From the NCBI GenBank assembly GCA_043228905.1, contig JBHGNT010000006.1:9610001-9674000 (forward strand): 64,000 bases of DNA, given 5' to 3'. This document shows positions 1-12,704 of this stretch, one piece after another (position 1 is the stretch's first letter; each line of letters opens with the position of its first letter). The notes under the pieces are model-generated. The model saw nothing but the letters and a program-made list of their open reading frames with translations, did no database searches and was not told the DNA's origin. The position numbers and the translations under genes are program-made. Source of the DNA: Azolla caroliniana. Lineage: Eukaryota; Plantae; Polypodiophyta.

Positions 1-448
1 GACCACTCGACCTTGCAGTAAATTGGATTACCAACGTTTTGGCCCTTACATGATCACTGGTAAGATAAGTGATGTTGCATTTCGTCTTGCCCTCCCTCCG
101 CACATGCATCTTCATCCGGTGTTTCATGTATCCCTTTTGGAACCTTATACTACAAGTTCAATTCCGGGCTGACTTATGACACCCCCACCACCTGTCGAGT
201 TCTTGGACGGGCCTGAATTTGAAGTTGTTATCGTTCTCGATTCTAAAATCGTGCGAAACAAGCTGTATTACTTAGTCGATTGGCTAGGTTATACCCCCAA
301 TGATCGAACTTGGGAACCTGCCGCAAATCTTTCCAATGCTGCAGAACTCGTCAATGCATTTCATCGCCAATATCCTTGTAAATCAGGTCCTAATACAAAC
401 CCTACGACCCGTGAGACATGTCGTCGAAGAAGGGGGATAGTGTCATGA
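1..448 (+). pseudogene. 3' end of chromovirus (Ty3/Gypsy) pol, element A: integrase C-terminus and chromodomain
   Basis: ORF 176-448 'EFEVVIVLDSKIVRNKLYYLVDWLGYTPNDRTWEP' closely matches the chromodomain of the intact pols at 25.7 kb and 36.7 kb. Upstream is the 'RFGPYMITGKISDVAFRLALP...HPVFHVSLLEP' GPY/F motif. PPT aagaagggggatag ends at 440. Confidence 0.9.
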
Positions 449-909
449 TAACACTCACATCATGCATCAAAAGGATCATGACACTCACATTATGACTCAA
501 AAGGATTTGAACCCACGACCTTGTTGTACACATGACAAATCCTTAACCATTGTATTACTATTCTTATATGTATAGTCTCTAGAATATGAAATCTAATATC
601 ATAGGAATATTCTATATTACTCTACATTCTAGAATGACCTAGAATATTCTACATTGTTCTATACCACTAGAACCTTCTAGAATACTCTAGAGATCTTCTA
701 GATTACTCTACATTCTAGGATAACCTAGAATATTCTAGAATGTTCTCTATTACTTATAAATAGGGATCTACCACCCATCCCAAACCTAAATTGGTTCAAT
801 GCCATTTTGTAGCCTATTCTTTGTAATCCATTTTACGCTTCAATATAATAATTCTCTTTCAATTATCTCTCTATCTCTTTTTCTCTCTTTCTCTCTCTCA
901 GTCTTGACA
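441..909 (+). mobile_element. 3' LTR of chromovirus element A
   Basis: Starts TGTCA right after the PPT and ends TGACA. Contains a TATAAATA box, many (T)TCTAGA repeats and a CT-rich U5. Confidence 0.85.
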
Positions 910-1547
910 GTCACTCACACCCGTTGATATTTGTATTCCAGTTCTAGGCGAGGACCACACATGGTTGCTCATGCCCGTTGGTGTTAAATACCTCATCTTG
1001 TGGAAGGGTTACTCCTTGTCTAAGATTTACAAAATGCTTTGGAGGTGATCTAAGATTTTCATCAACAATATCCCCTTAAGCCGATAAACGATTTGGGAAG
1101 GCATCGTTGAAGGGGGGATAATGTCAAGATTCAAACTCTTGACATGACCATGTTATAATCGAGTGTTATGTGTTAACCACACATCTAGCATATAATCATG
1201 TATATACTTCCTCATTGTAGGTTTTAGCTAGCATTATGTGCATAATTTCTCCCTTGTATTATTAACACTTGGCACATGCATGCGTACCTACTACCTACAT
1301 GCTCTATTGTATCACATGCGTGCAACAGGTATGCATGCCACTTAGTATAAATAGTTGAGTTCACCTTGAAGGAATTCAAGGTGAACAACGCCAGTCATGG
1401 ACATATCAATCTAGTATTCTCATTTCGCCCATCTTCTCTCCTTAATCTTCATCTCTATCTTTATGCTCTTGTGTCATTCCGTCATCGCTCCGTCGTAGCC
1501 TCATCATCCGTGCTTCGTCTTAGTTCGCACTTGGTGTGTCCGTGACA
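910..1547 (+). mobile_element. 3' remnant of a second chromovirus (A2): decayed chromodomain, PPT and 3' LTR (1122-1547)
   Basis: Broken frames read 'KYLILWKGY...LQNALEVI*DFHQQYPLKP'. PPT gaaggggggataa precedes an LTR running TGTCAAG (1122) to GTGACA (1547). Element A is inserted into it. Confidence 0.75.
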
Positions 1548-3670
1548 GGCACATTGTCGATTGGGGTGTAATCACGGGGCCGACATTACGGGAAGGACTA
1601 TATGCGTATCAGGCTGTTAAGAAACTACGGCCAATCATTCAACAATATCTTATTGTGCTATTTCCCCCTTGCAGACTTCCCGCCCCCCCAACCAACAAAC
1701 AGACGCCTCCGCCACAATCCGCAAAACGACAGCTAGCGGAGTTAGCCACCACCGAATGGGAAGAAGAGGCACAATCGCCCCGCACCACCAAGCCAACGAT
1801 ACAGCCGGAGCCACCGGCCAGGTGCGCCAAGACACAAACCTCCACAGCAACAGAGGAACAAGAGCCTGCCCAAGGCAGTCCCAGGCCCAAATGGCGAAGA
1901 TTGGATCGAAAAGACAGGGAGGGATTGGTAAAAGATACAATGGCCCCAGTCGAAAACATCGCCACTACAGAGCATACAACCACATTGGAATTAATCTGTG
2001 AGCCACAACCGATCATTACGGCTCAATCACAACGTGGCAAGGGCGTGCTCACAGCCGAGAGCGAAGTCTTAAGGTATCCGGCCAGTATGGATACAACCCA
2101 TGAGTTCGGCACACTATTACAATTTGCAACTACCTACAAACTCATGGGGTTTTTGCCAACACAACAAATAAAAGTCTCTCAACGGATGGCCGAAGAGCAC
2201 GCAGAACAACAAATGATCGAGTGGGCACTAACAAGAACGACGAAAAGTGAGGATGAGGGGCCGCTTGCCAAGGTAGGCAGACAACGGAATGCCGGAATAC
2301 ACCGAATGGGCATTGAGCTACCTCCCTTGAATATGACCCTCGTCGAAGTACACCACGAGTTGGCCAAAGTTAGCATAGGCGCCAAGGATATAGCAACCAA
2401 GAATAAGAATGCCTGGAAAACAATAACACTGACACAGGACCAACTCCAGAAGGCCAAGGAACACATTACACAGTTGGAACATAGCACGACGACGGCAACG
2501 ACCATCCCAGATAACGCGTCAAACACCTTACGAGAAGACCTCGAAGCATAGCAAGCCCTAGTGGCCACAGCAAAGAAAGCTACTCAAATGGCTGAAACAG
2601 AGATTGATCGGCTCCGAGCGGAACTTCGCCAGTCTTCGGATAGGGAAGCAGATGTTAGGGCGAAAGGCCGTCCGGTGGTCAAGACATTGGAAGGCAAGCT
2701 CCAAGTGGACGTCGCAATGCATAACAGAACGAAGGAGGAATATGAAAAGCTATGTGAAGAGGCAAACAAGAAGGACGCTGCAATCGCGGGATTATGGGAG
2801 CTCGCGAAGAAAAAGAAGGCATGGTACGACGAGCAACTGGTACATGAGCGCGTAGAGACGCATGAAGTCCAGGTATGCCCAAACAATGAGATGGGACGGC
2901 TTGAGGAACTTCATTTAAAGGAGTCCTAGTTATGGGCCAAAATGAAGAGTCTTTACGAAGAAGCCGTGGTGGCAAATAAGCGTAAAATAGAGAATCTAAC
3001 GAAAGCTTTAGATGAGTCCCAAGTACACGCCACCTTGATGACAGACCGGATCCGCACCATCCTACAAGCCAATCACGAGAAATTTAATACACAGCCAAAG
3101 GCGGCTATGGACAAAGGATGGGCCGGATGGGCGACGTAGGCCGTGGAGCTACATACATACTGCACGGATAAGGAGAACCGCCGAAAGGACAACAAGGTAG
3201 CCAATCAACACTCATAGGAACTCACACAGCTGATGGAGGAGTTCACGGAAAGCCAGGAAGAGACCTTTCGACAATTGATGGACATGGGCATCGAAACTCA
3301 GAGGGTGGAAGAATTAAAAAAAGCGGAGGCAATGACTGTGCCGGACAATCACGCCATAGAGAAAACCGAGTCCCCGACCAATGACGGGCCTGAAGTCACG
3401 ACGGTGGGCAATCAAACGAGTGCCAAAACAACAGAGGAGCGGCTATTAGAGGGGGAACCATGCCAAGAAGAGCCCTCGACAGAGCTGGAAAAGGTGGTCC
3501 CCAAAGAAGCACCAGCAGAGCAAGCCCAGCCGACCTTCGGCAAAGAAGAGAGAGCGGAAACTGCAGCACCAATTGAGCCAAACAGCGACGCCCCTACGAC
3601 CCTCACGCCACCCTCGGACCACGACACACGGGCAGAGCCAAACATCTTGGACACTTTGGATGACGAATAG
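1548..3670 (+). pseudogene. Extra 3' ORF (ORF3) of the D-family element, interrupted by in-frame stops
   Basis: ORFs 1655-2551, 2561-2929, 2942-3139 and 3233-3670 share one frame, broken by TAG stops. They are homologous to the ORF pieces at 44451-47018. Confidence 0.8.
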
Positions 3671-4185
3671 ACGGACGGGTTCGACGTGCCATGGCACTGT
3701 CCCACAAGTTTGCTAGGTGTTGTCCGTCAGAATAGTAACCACCGGACATAACGTGGGATAAATTAAAATATTGTAAGAAACGAATGTAACGGTTCACACG
3801 AGGAGCGTAACCGACGAGACGCCCTGTGTATATAAAGGGCAGAAATCTTGTGTAAAGGGTTATCGTTGTTTTGAGAGTTCTTTTCTAATATAGTACTATC
3901 TCCCCTGATCTACTATGTAAGTGCCAATGTGATAATTAGTGAGGGTTATACGCTATTAAGAAGTGCATAACTGGAAACGTAAGGTTAAGCATGTTAGCGT
4001 AGTTATGCATCGTTCCTTCGATTGTAGCCAGGAACCTTCACGCCCTGTAGATACGTACCATTCAGTAACAAGTGAGGTATGGACGTACGCAGTACGCCTC
4101 TCTATCCCTTGTAACGCAATCCCTTGACGCCTACCCCGAAGGACTGTGGGTAGACAGTGTTCTAGTCGACAGTACGCCGACAACA
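1548..4185 (+). mobile_element. 3' part of an Athila/Tat-like Gypsy (same family as element D), with 3' LTR 3718-4185
   Basis: Sequence from 1548 aligns with 44680-47065 of element D. The LTR runs TGTTGTCCG to GACAACA and resembles the D LTR start (tgttgtccg..aatagtaacc..cggaca). Confidence 0.85.
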
Positions 4186-5477
4186 CTTTTGGTTGTGTCA
4201 GTTTCACGCCAAAAAGTCATGGGTGGACAACTTGTTGCCAAAAGTAAGTGCAACTCAGAGAAGCCATCTTTATCAACGAATGTGCCAACTAATGCAATGC
4301 ATTACTGAATCCACATTCAATGCGATGTGTGAGGAGTTAAAGGTAGAATATACAAACAAGCCCGGTGTTTGGCAATATATAGAAGGAGGATGGTGTGGTT
4401 TGACATGTGTGTGGAGGAAACTCTGGCCCAAGTTTGGTAGAATGTTCAACTATGGACACGTTGACACTACCAATATTGTGGAAAGACATTGGTAGTTTAT
4501 CAAGTATATTGCCTTGAGAGGAAGAATAAACCGATCAATTACCGACCTTCTGCATGTCTTAATCGGGGATAGTGAAATTGGCACTTGCATAGGAGGAACA
4601 GTAATAGAGTGGTACAAGCAACGACAAGAAATATGTGAGTGGTCGGTTTGCACCCCGTGCGAATTGTAGGGATCAAAGGTCCCGACTTAAAGAAGTGGAG
4701 ACAATATTGGAAAGGTATGTTGATGATACTTCCATAATGGAAATTGTCGACAAGGCCCGATATTGGTTTAGAATCTTGAGCATGAAGACTCCCACTCTAT
4801 GGTATAATGTCTCACTCCAATGCTCATATTGTGATTGCCAAGACATTGTGAGTAAATGTAAGCATTTACTCGGCATCCGAATGATTATTGAGAGGCATAT
4901 GCCACATTTATGTGGCTCATTGCCTTTTATAGATCACGCGACCCAAATGCGAATAGACCATAATACAGAAATAGAAGTGGAGGCAGAGGTAGAACGAGTC
5001 GAGGAGACAAACCCCACAACATCCGAGATTGAATCATTCAAGTCCAAAATACAAACAGTCGTGAAAGCACTTAAATGTCTTGAGCAAGGGTTAGGAACCT
5101 TCGACCGTGCAACTATTTTCGAAGGTATACAAACATTGGAAGATGTGGCTGAGAAGGTGTATCGCGTTGGTGCACCAAAATCAACCAATGAAGAAGATGG
5201 CAGATCAATAAGTCGCAACCAACAAATCGATGCCAAAAGAAGTGCAACAATAGACATCTCGCAAGAACTTATTGGCAACTCCCCAAACACTTCCAAATCC
5301 CACTTCCGAAAACTATAAAGAGGTGCAAGTTGGGCTAGGAGGCGATTGCCAATAGGTGACCATGAGAAGGTTCGGTGTTTGTGTTGCGATGGTTTGACCT
5401 TGACTTCAAGGGACTCGAATGTTACATGTTGTAAAAATTGTGGTTGCATCTTGCAATCATCCCGACATGAGCCCTAA
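4186..5477 (+). pseudogene. MULE/Mutator-like transposase remnant with SWIM zinc finger
   Basis: Shows 'WLCQFHAKKSW' (CxxH motif), 'TTNIVERHW' (catalytic E region), SWIM 'CDCQDIVSKCKH' and a Cys-rich C-terminus. It has a stop at 4493-4495 and a frameshift near 4635. The 5' part is cut off by the D-family insertion. Confidence 0.8.
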
Positions 5478-5659
5478 TCTTAATATGTAACGTGTATATT
5501 CATATTTCATTTTAGGGTTGTCAACATTTGACGTTTTAATATTTTATGTAAGACTTGTTATTTGAATCTTTAGTTTTATTTGAGAAATTTTATGATCATT
5601 TTCATGGCAAATATTTGTTGTACACTTACCATTTTTTGGAGTTTTTGATGTTTGTTTTT

Positions 5660-5790
5660 AAGTCAGGCTCCCTTCCATGAGTCAGTCGGGCTCTTGATGA
5701 CAGAGGTTGTCAAACAACGGGGCTCCTTTTGACAGAGTCGGGCTCTTGCGTACAGAGGCTGTCTGAGAGTCGGGCTCTTGGTGATAGACG
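5660..5790. repeat. Array of GTCGGGCTC(T/C) subterminal repeats, probable end of the MULE
   Basis: About five imperfect copies of (a)gtcgggctctt interspersed with gacagag, just after the AT-rich 3' region of the transposase. Confidence 0.55.
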
Positions 5791-5919
5791 CTGTCAGCTT
5801 TTTATCCATCTTGGACGGTGGAGATCGAACGCGCCATCAGCGGTGCGACCTGCACCGTCCCTCTCCGCGATTCCCTCACTTGCCCTCTTAAGTATTTGGT
5901 AGTAGTTAGTCACGAGCTG

Positions 5920-5973
5920 TATATACATATACATATGTCCACATACATACATACATACATGTATATACATATA

Positions 5974-6011
<38 letters not shown>

Positions 6012-6012
6012 G
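5920..6012. repeat. (TA)n/(TACA)n microsatellite
   Basis: Directly visible. Confidence 0.95.
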
Positions 6013-6079
6013 TGAACGAGAAAAGAGAGGACATAGAGATTGAGGTAAAAGTAAGCATCGCCGTCCGATTGGGTGGTGG

Positions 6080-6138
6080 TGGGCCAAGGGGAGCCGTTGG
6101 ATTCTTAAGTTTTAGCTACTTCTCTCGACAAACCCTAA
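6080..6138 (+). promoter_or_regulatory. Site II (TGGGCC, 6080-6085) and telo-box (AAACCCTAA, 6130-6138) upstream of the cold-shock gene
   Basis: Both motifs are present. This pairing is typical of plant promoters of translation and RNA-metabolism genes. A (TTC)n/(TCA)n-rich leader follows. Confidence 0.5.
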
Positions 6139-6294
6139 ACATTCTGCAGTTCTTCTTCTTCTTCTTCTTCATCTTCATCGTGTCGCACTCTTCTTCTTCT
6201 TCTTCTTCTTCTTCTTCTTCGTCATCATCATCACCATCATCTTCATCTTCACTTCCTGCATCGACTGCACGCCATCTCTACCCCCATCATCGCC

Positions 6295-6756
6295 ATGTCT
6301 TCCGACCATGCCAAGAAGACTGGCAAGGTCAAATGGTTCAACATCACCAAAGGCTTCGGCTTCATCACCCCTGACGACGGCACCGAAGACCTGTTTGTCC
6401 ACCAGACCTCCATACTCGCTGAGGGCTTCCGATCCCTCGCCGAAGGAGAGGAAGTGGAGTTCCTCATCGAGCAAGGCGATGATGGGAGAACCAAGGCCGT
6501 GGAGGTCACGGGCCCGGACGGCGCTCCTGTGAAAGGAGCCTCCAGATCCGACGGTGGAGGGGACGGTTATGGATCGTACGGTGGGCGTGGAGGCCGTGGA
6601 GGGGGGTACGGCGGAGGAGGCGGAGGCGGAGGTTATGGAGGAGGAGGCGGCGGCGGCGGCGGGAGAGGAAGGGGTCGAGGTGGGAGAGGTGGAGGAGGCT
6701 TCGGAGGACGCGGAGGAGGAGGAGGTGGCGACCGCGGCGGCAGTGGCGGTTACTAG
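6295..6756 (+). CDS. CSP: Cold-shock domain protein with glycine/RGG-rich tail (153 aa)
   Basis: '[31 protein letters not shown]...[13 protein letters not shown]...[12 protein letters not shown]' is a CSD with RNP1/RNP2 motifs. Good ATG context (gccATGt). Gly/Arg/Tyr tail. Confidence 0.96.
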   Translation: MSSDHAKKTGKVKWFNITKGFGFITPDDGTEDLFVHQTSILAEGFRSLAEGEEVEFLIEQGDDGRTKAVEVTGPDGAPVKGASRSDGGGDGYGSYGGRGGRGGGYGGGGGGGGYGGGGGGGGGRGRGRGGRGGGGFGGRGGGGGGDRGGSGGY

Positions 6757-6776
6757 ATCTGACGCCTTTCCATTAG

Positions 6777-7015
6777 GTGTGCAAAATTAGGGCTTTCCTT
6801 CTACTTCTACTCCCCCTCCCTGTCGTTTTATCTTTGCACGAAGCCTTGTATTTCGTCATTTCCTTCGCCACGTCTCTACCTAATCTCACTCCCATGGTGG
6901 CCATCCATCGCTCCTTCAAGCTTCATCTTTAGGGTTTCTTCTTCTGTTCACGATGGTGGATCTCCATCGCCTCACTACAAAGCTTTAATTCCCTGTCTCC
7001 GTATCTCTACTGCAG
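6777..7015 (+). other. Putative 3'-UTR intron of the CSP gene
   Basis: AG|GTGTGC donor 20 nt after the stop codon; pyrimidine tract and ctactgcAG acceptor at 7015. Confidence 0.4.
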
Positions 7016-8492
7016 GCACACCTCGAGGGAAGAGTAGATAATTTTTATCTTTCAGACTCCTGCGTGCCATTTTTGTCGTGTAATTTCTGGTTCTCATTCC
7101 AGATCTGGTTCGGGCGAGGAAGCCATAGCTGGACGAGATGTTCTCTGTAGGTTCCCCTCTCTCTCTGATATGTGTGGGAGAGGTTGAACTGATGTGATTC
7201 ATAGAAAAAGCTCTGGTATTCTCCTTTGTATTTCTGGTTGTTGTTCCCTGAAAATTTTGAACACAGTTTGGATTTCTCATTATTGTCTTGTTCCCTTCAT
7301 CCTCTTGATATGTACTAAAGTTATTTGTGTAACTTTCGCTTGGAAATTACATTGTCAACTGTCGTTTGGAGTAATTGGCAACTTATATGTGAGATTTGTC
7401 TCAAAGTCTTGTTCTTTTTGCTTGGAAATTATACTATCAGCTTTTATTTGGGAGTAATTGAAAACTATAGAAGATATTTGTTCTCATACTCTTGTTTATT
7501 TCTTATTCGTCATGTCTTTAATTACTCTTCAGAATGGATTGTCTCCTTCTGCAATGCTTCACCATTGTTTGTTGTAAAGTTTCCTCACTGACCTGAACTT
7601 TTCTATAAAGATATTATATTACGTTCAGCTGTCTAAGAACATTGTGTTATGCATATGCCTCTAAATGTTTAAAAGAATGTAATTTGTCTTGAGAAAAGAT
7701 TTTGTTAACTTCTTTTCGAGTAGATCCTGTTACATGTGAAGGATGCTTGAGCAGCTTGGTGATTCGAGATGTATTTTTGTTTTAGAAGAGATATAACATT
7801 CTTATTCGATAGTGGTGAGAGTAATTGGAATATATTTTGGTCCTGTCATCTCTGAAATGGTTGGGGCTCAAGAAAACAAATTTGACATTATAATTATTGA
7901 AGTGAGTTTGGATTACTGTTTGCTGGATTTTGTTACACATATGAAGAATGTGCACATGTTGGAAATTTCCAATGGATTTCAATATTTTGGTTAACTTGAA
8001 CAGGTGTAGAGGGAAGGTGAATCAGGTGTGTATGTAGTAGTACTAGTGAGTATTCAGAGAGGATTATGCATCTCTTACATATACCCGTGAATGCTATGTG
8101 GGTGGTGATGTAAACTAAATTTCCACTAATGCTTCTCTATGTAAATATTTCAGTTAACTGACATGGTGGATAGAGCATCTCTGGTTCCATTCACGTTGTT
8201 GCCATGAGAGTCTTGATATTTCTGTTTGGCAGTGCAAGTTCTTGGGTGTAAGTTTATGTACGTCAAATTGTTTTTCTCTTTGAAACATTTCTTTGGAGCA
8301 ACCTGCTCTTTGTTGTTCCACATGGTGTTCTGTGATATCCTGCTTCTTCAGACACCAAGTCTTGGGTGATAATTTTGATTTTGCTTGAAACAATGATGCA
8401 ATAACCTGACTGACAAATAGCTTCTGTTTTATTCACAAGGATTTTATGCATTGCCAGAGTATTGGTGTTTCTAATTGTAAGCCTATGCGTGC

Positions 8493-8658
8493 ATGCTACC
8501 TTTATTAGCCTTTAGAGGCCAATGACATTTGATTGCGGAGAAATCAGATGCTACCATTCTTACCCTTTAGAGGCCAATGACATTTGATTGTGGAGAAATC
8601 AGATGCTACCATTATTAGCCTTTAAAGGCCAATGACATTTGATTGCGGAGAAATCAGA
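8493..8658. repeat. 55-bp tandem repeat x3
   Basis: Unit atgctacc...cctttagaggccaatgacatttgattgcggagaaatcag starts at 8493, 8548 and 8603. Confidence 0.9.
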
Positions 8659-10906
8659 GAATGGCCGAAGATGTCTTGCATGTATTTGCCACATTGCAGC
8701 ATGTATAGTCATGTTTCGGAAGGTGAAGTTCTATAATAAGAATGGTGGGTCCATGAAGAATATATTATTTGACTTTAGAAAGCATTTTAAGAGTAGGCTC
8801 TAATATAATATCCAAAACCTCATGAAATGGGATAGGAATTTATTGAAGTATACATTGATTCTACACATGCTCCCTTAAGTCAAATTTAGATGCTGTATAT
8901 TATTATCGGAAACCATGGTCCACAAGTATTGTTGACAGGGAATGAAAGACTTTTCCCAAATATTGAAATGGATGTTCAACACAACCTTACTTTCCTCCAA
9001 ATAATCTTTTTGTATTCAATGACCTATGTTGCTCGAAAATAGTTCTTGGGGAGGTATTTACAGTTCCCTTCAATACAGTCGTCCCAAATATTACATGTGA
9101 TCTTATACATTCTCTTGATGACTAGTAACATGTGCACACTATATATATCCCATATGGATAACTCTGAAAGGACTAAACTTAGTGAAGCTCTACCATATGC
9201 AAGCTCAAACAAAAGTCTTGCATTTCAAAACGTTCCGTACATAGTAATGAGTTGAAGGGACAACATTTTTTTCCTTTTCATAAACTTCAACCATGTTGTG
9301 TGTGGGATACCCTTAGTAAATGATGTGATGGTAGGTTAACATGATAATAAAGTGTGACATTGGCAAAGGAAAAAATATTGCATAATAAACATGGAAGATG
9401 CAAGATAGGTTGCTAATGCTAATGCATGTTTGAAGGTGGGATTTGGGATTTCCTAGACATGTTTTTTGTGACAAGGTTGTGAGTAATCAATGCAATTATG
9501 ATGCAATATATGCCTACATAACCCTATGAGGTGCACTTCCTCGTGATATTTTGTGAAGGGTTTCAAATGTCTCCAAGGTCTACTTTCAATTGAGCTAATC
9601 CGTAGTTGTGAGCATGATGATGAGTGATGGCTTGTTGAATCTTATATGATGCAAGTTTGATGATCAATGCAATTGGATATGTGTTGATGATCCTGTAGAC
9701 TTCCCACTTTGTTTGATTGATGTGAATGACATTTTGCTTTAGTTTCCCATAAGAAGTGATTCAATGTCTATCATTCAAAGCATCAACAACTAGTTTTATG
9801 ACTCCGCACAGACCATATACGGAACAATTTATGTATATCTAATGCCCAAAGTGGTCAATAATGCATCAATATTTACTTCACTCTAGCTAGTAGCCACATT
9901 TTTATACAATCTCACAATGAACTCCATTTCAATCAGTTTAATGTTGAGCCATTACTTAGAAAGGGATAATTATTTTTCTTTGTAAGTTTATCAACTCATG
10001 AGTTATGTATGAATTTTGCACTCCCAATGCCATATTCTCTCTATGAGTTCCGCTCCATCCCTAAATAAATAATCACGTGGAAAGGTAACCATCTCATGTG
10101 TAGAGACTCGAGAGAAAGTAATCGTAGCCAAGCAAGTGCTATGAAATGAAAGCCCAATATGATTGACTTTGGCTAGGCATGCAATCTCAAGGAATGCTTC
10201 ATACCTTGTCACGTCTACAATAAGGACAACCCTTCATGTTTTTCTTTGGAACCAAGTAGTTACCATCATGAGCTCCTGTATGCGTTGAATCATCAAGTAT
10301 CGTCTCAAAGCCTAAGTATAGTTCAAAAGTTTTCCGTAACCAACACAAATTTTGTAATGTGTCAGCAGTAGACCGCTTTTCCTTCTATGCCGTGCAAACG
10401 CCCCCTTTGCTACTATGATGTTGTGATGATGCCAATAGTTTTCTACCACGTCTAATCTATAACACCATTGTTGTTCATGGAACCAATGATCAATTTATCT
10501 CCATTTTGGAAACTAGGCCGGCCTTGCTGCCAATGGTTCGCCTCCACGTTAGCACCACACACCTTTTTTCGACCATTTATTTTACCGCCACGTTGGCAAC
10601 ACCATGGGGTCACCTGCACATCAGGACGACGCCGTTTTCCGACCATTCAGTTTTGCCACATCAGCACTATGTTGTTTTTCCGACCAATCATTTTGCGCCA
10701 CATCAGCAACACGGGGCCCTTCTTTCACAATGGATGGATCATGAGTCACACACACACACACAACAAGCACAGGAGATCGAGAGAGTGTAGAGAAATAGAG
10801 AGGCCTAGTTTTGTAAATATGCATATAAAGAAGAAGAAGAAGAAGAAGAAGAAACAGAGAGTGTGTTCTGTTACCTGTATACAGTTTAAAGCTTTAGAAT
10901 CTGGCC

Positions 10907-11457
10907 ATGGCGTCGCTGCCCCTGTTCTCGCCACAACCCCTCTACTCATTTCAACCCAGACGAACAACCGCTCCTTCTCCCTCATCCTTCCTTCTCTGCC
11001 TCAATTCTAGCCCCTCCAAAAGATGCACCCCTCTTCGCAAAGACGCCATTTTTTTCTCTTTCTCCCCCCTTCTTCATTTCTGCAGCTCTGTTTCTTCATC
11101 TTCTTACTCCCCCTCCTCATTATCATTATCATCATCATCATCATCTTCTTCTTCCTCTTCTTCTACGCAGGATGCTATAGAAAGAGAAGAAGGGATGCCT
11201 ATTCCAAATACAATAACGTTCAGGAGGAGCTCAACACAGAAGCACTATGAGTATTTGACGGATCTTGAGACATTAGGAATGGAGGATTTCTCTTCTGAAT
11301 TGTCTCGGTCTGTGGCTATGTCGATGGGAATCAAACCAGATTCGAACTCTGCACCTTCCACAACACCCGTGTGTATTTCTATAGATGTTTCCAAAGAAGG
11401 AAGGGACCTCAGACTTGATGGTATTGTTAAAACATCCATAGCTCTCCATTGCTGCAG
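10907..11457 (+). CDS. DUF177A: DUF177/YceD plastid large-subunit rRNA accumulation protein, exon 1
   Basis: Ser-rich transit-peptide-like N-terminus (MASLP...), then 'TPVCISIDVSKEGRDLRLDGIVKTSIALHCCR'. GT donor at 11458 (phase 2). Confidence 0.88.
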
Positions 11458-12283
11458 GTAATGCACACATACATGTTAAAACAAAGCATTTGCACTTCTG
11501 TCTTGTAAAAGCATGTAAGAGATAATGCCTTTCTTTTATGTGTCATTGAATTATCAAGCATACACGATGCATATGCTATTTTGTTTTGTGTTTATTGATG
11601 CTTGGATGGTGATATGTTTCTTTTTGTGCCTTTGCATTATCCAGCCCATGAAGCATTCACAAACTCCCTTTGTGGTATCGATGCTTGGGTGCTCTTATGT
11701 GATATTATGTATTTCTGTATGAATCCTTGCAGTATCAATCATAAGATGCCTACATTCACTTGATTCATAGCATTGGTACCTGTAGTGCAGGGACATGCAC
11801 TTCATATCTCTCTGAATCCTTGCATTATCTTGCATTCAATGTGTTCACAATAATGAATCATGATATTAATTCATACATGTCACATGCGGCAATGCGTTTT
11901 ATTATTATTTACTTCCACCTTGCTACCTAAATTTGTGGTATTAATACACATATTATAGTGCATGTCTTGTGTTGCCCTTGCATTAATAGGCATAAGGCGC
12001 ATGAGCTTGCTTCATGATTTTGTAATTCAAACATCAGGTGAGGGAAGAATGATTTTAAAATAGAGGATGTTATGTGGCAGTGCATTTCTTTACATGTTCC
12101 TTGCATACACCACACATTCGCTCCCTTGATTTGAAGAATTAGTAGTTGTGTGCTGGGTATATCTTTATGTTTTTCATGGATCAATAGATTTCTTTATATT
12201 TGCTTGCACTGTTAAGCTATCAGAAACTAGTTTTGTTTACCTATTACCAGCGCTTACATCTACCACTACTCTCTATGAACTAG

Positions 12284-12704
12284 ATGTGGGACTCCTGTCG
12301 GTGAGAGGGTATTTGGAGAATTTAGCCTTTTGCTGACCGAGAATCCAGTTGTTGAGCCGACAAAAACTCGTTTAGGGGTTGTTTTAGGAGGTGATTCGAT
12401 GATGCCAGATGAAGAAATTGACTTGGAAGATGTTTTGGATCTAGATCTTGATGATAAGCTTCACTTCCCAAGAACGGATAAATCCATAGATATATCCAAA
12501 TATATTCGTGATACCGTGCATCTTGAGATGCCATTGCAATGCTTATGTGATCTTCATTGCAAAGGTAAATGTATTGATTGTGGTATCAATCTCAACCAAG
12601 ACTCTTGCAAATGTGATTTGGGTGCACATAAAAAGAATAGACAATCGATATGGGACCCATTGAGAGAGCTTAAAAAGAAACTAGAAAGTGAGGGTGCAAC
12701 TTAG
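12284..12704 (+). CDS. DUF177A: DUF177/YceD protein, exon 2 (spliced product about 323 aa)
   Basis: The AG acceptor at 12283 restores 'CCRCGTPV...FSLLLTENP'. C-terminus reads 'IDISKYIRDTVHLEMP..CLCDLHCKGKCIDCGINLNQDSCKC...WDPLRELKKKL'. Confidence 0.9.

Noticed and set aside
4186-4200. cttttgg after the LTR at 4185 as a PBS (making it a 5' LTR)
   Set aside because: The sequence reads directly into MULE codons (FWLCQFH), and element ORF3 lies upstream, so this is a 3' LTR.
6006-6374. 122-aa ORF overlapping the CSP leader (also 10468-11010 and 11023-11250)
   Set aside because: Microsatellite-derived poly-F/S/K/I runs overlapping real genes in other frames.
8700-10400. Possible decayed minus-strand coding or transposase sequence between the two genes
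   Set aside because: Only short ORFs with no recognisable motif; cannot be supported without a search.
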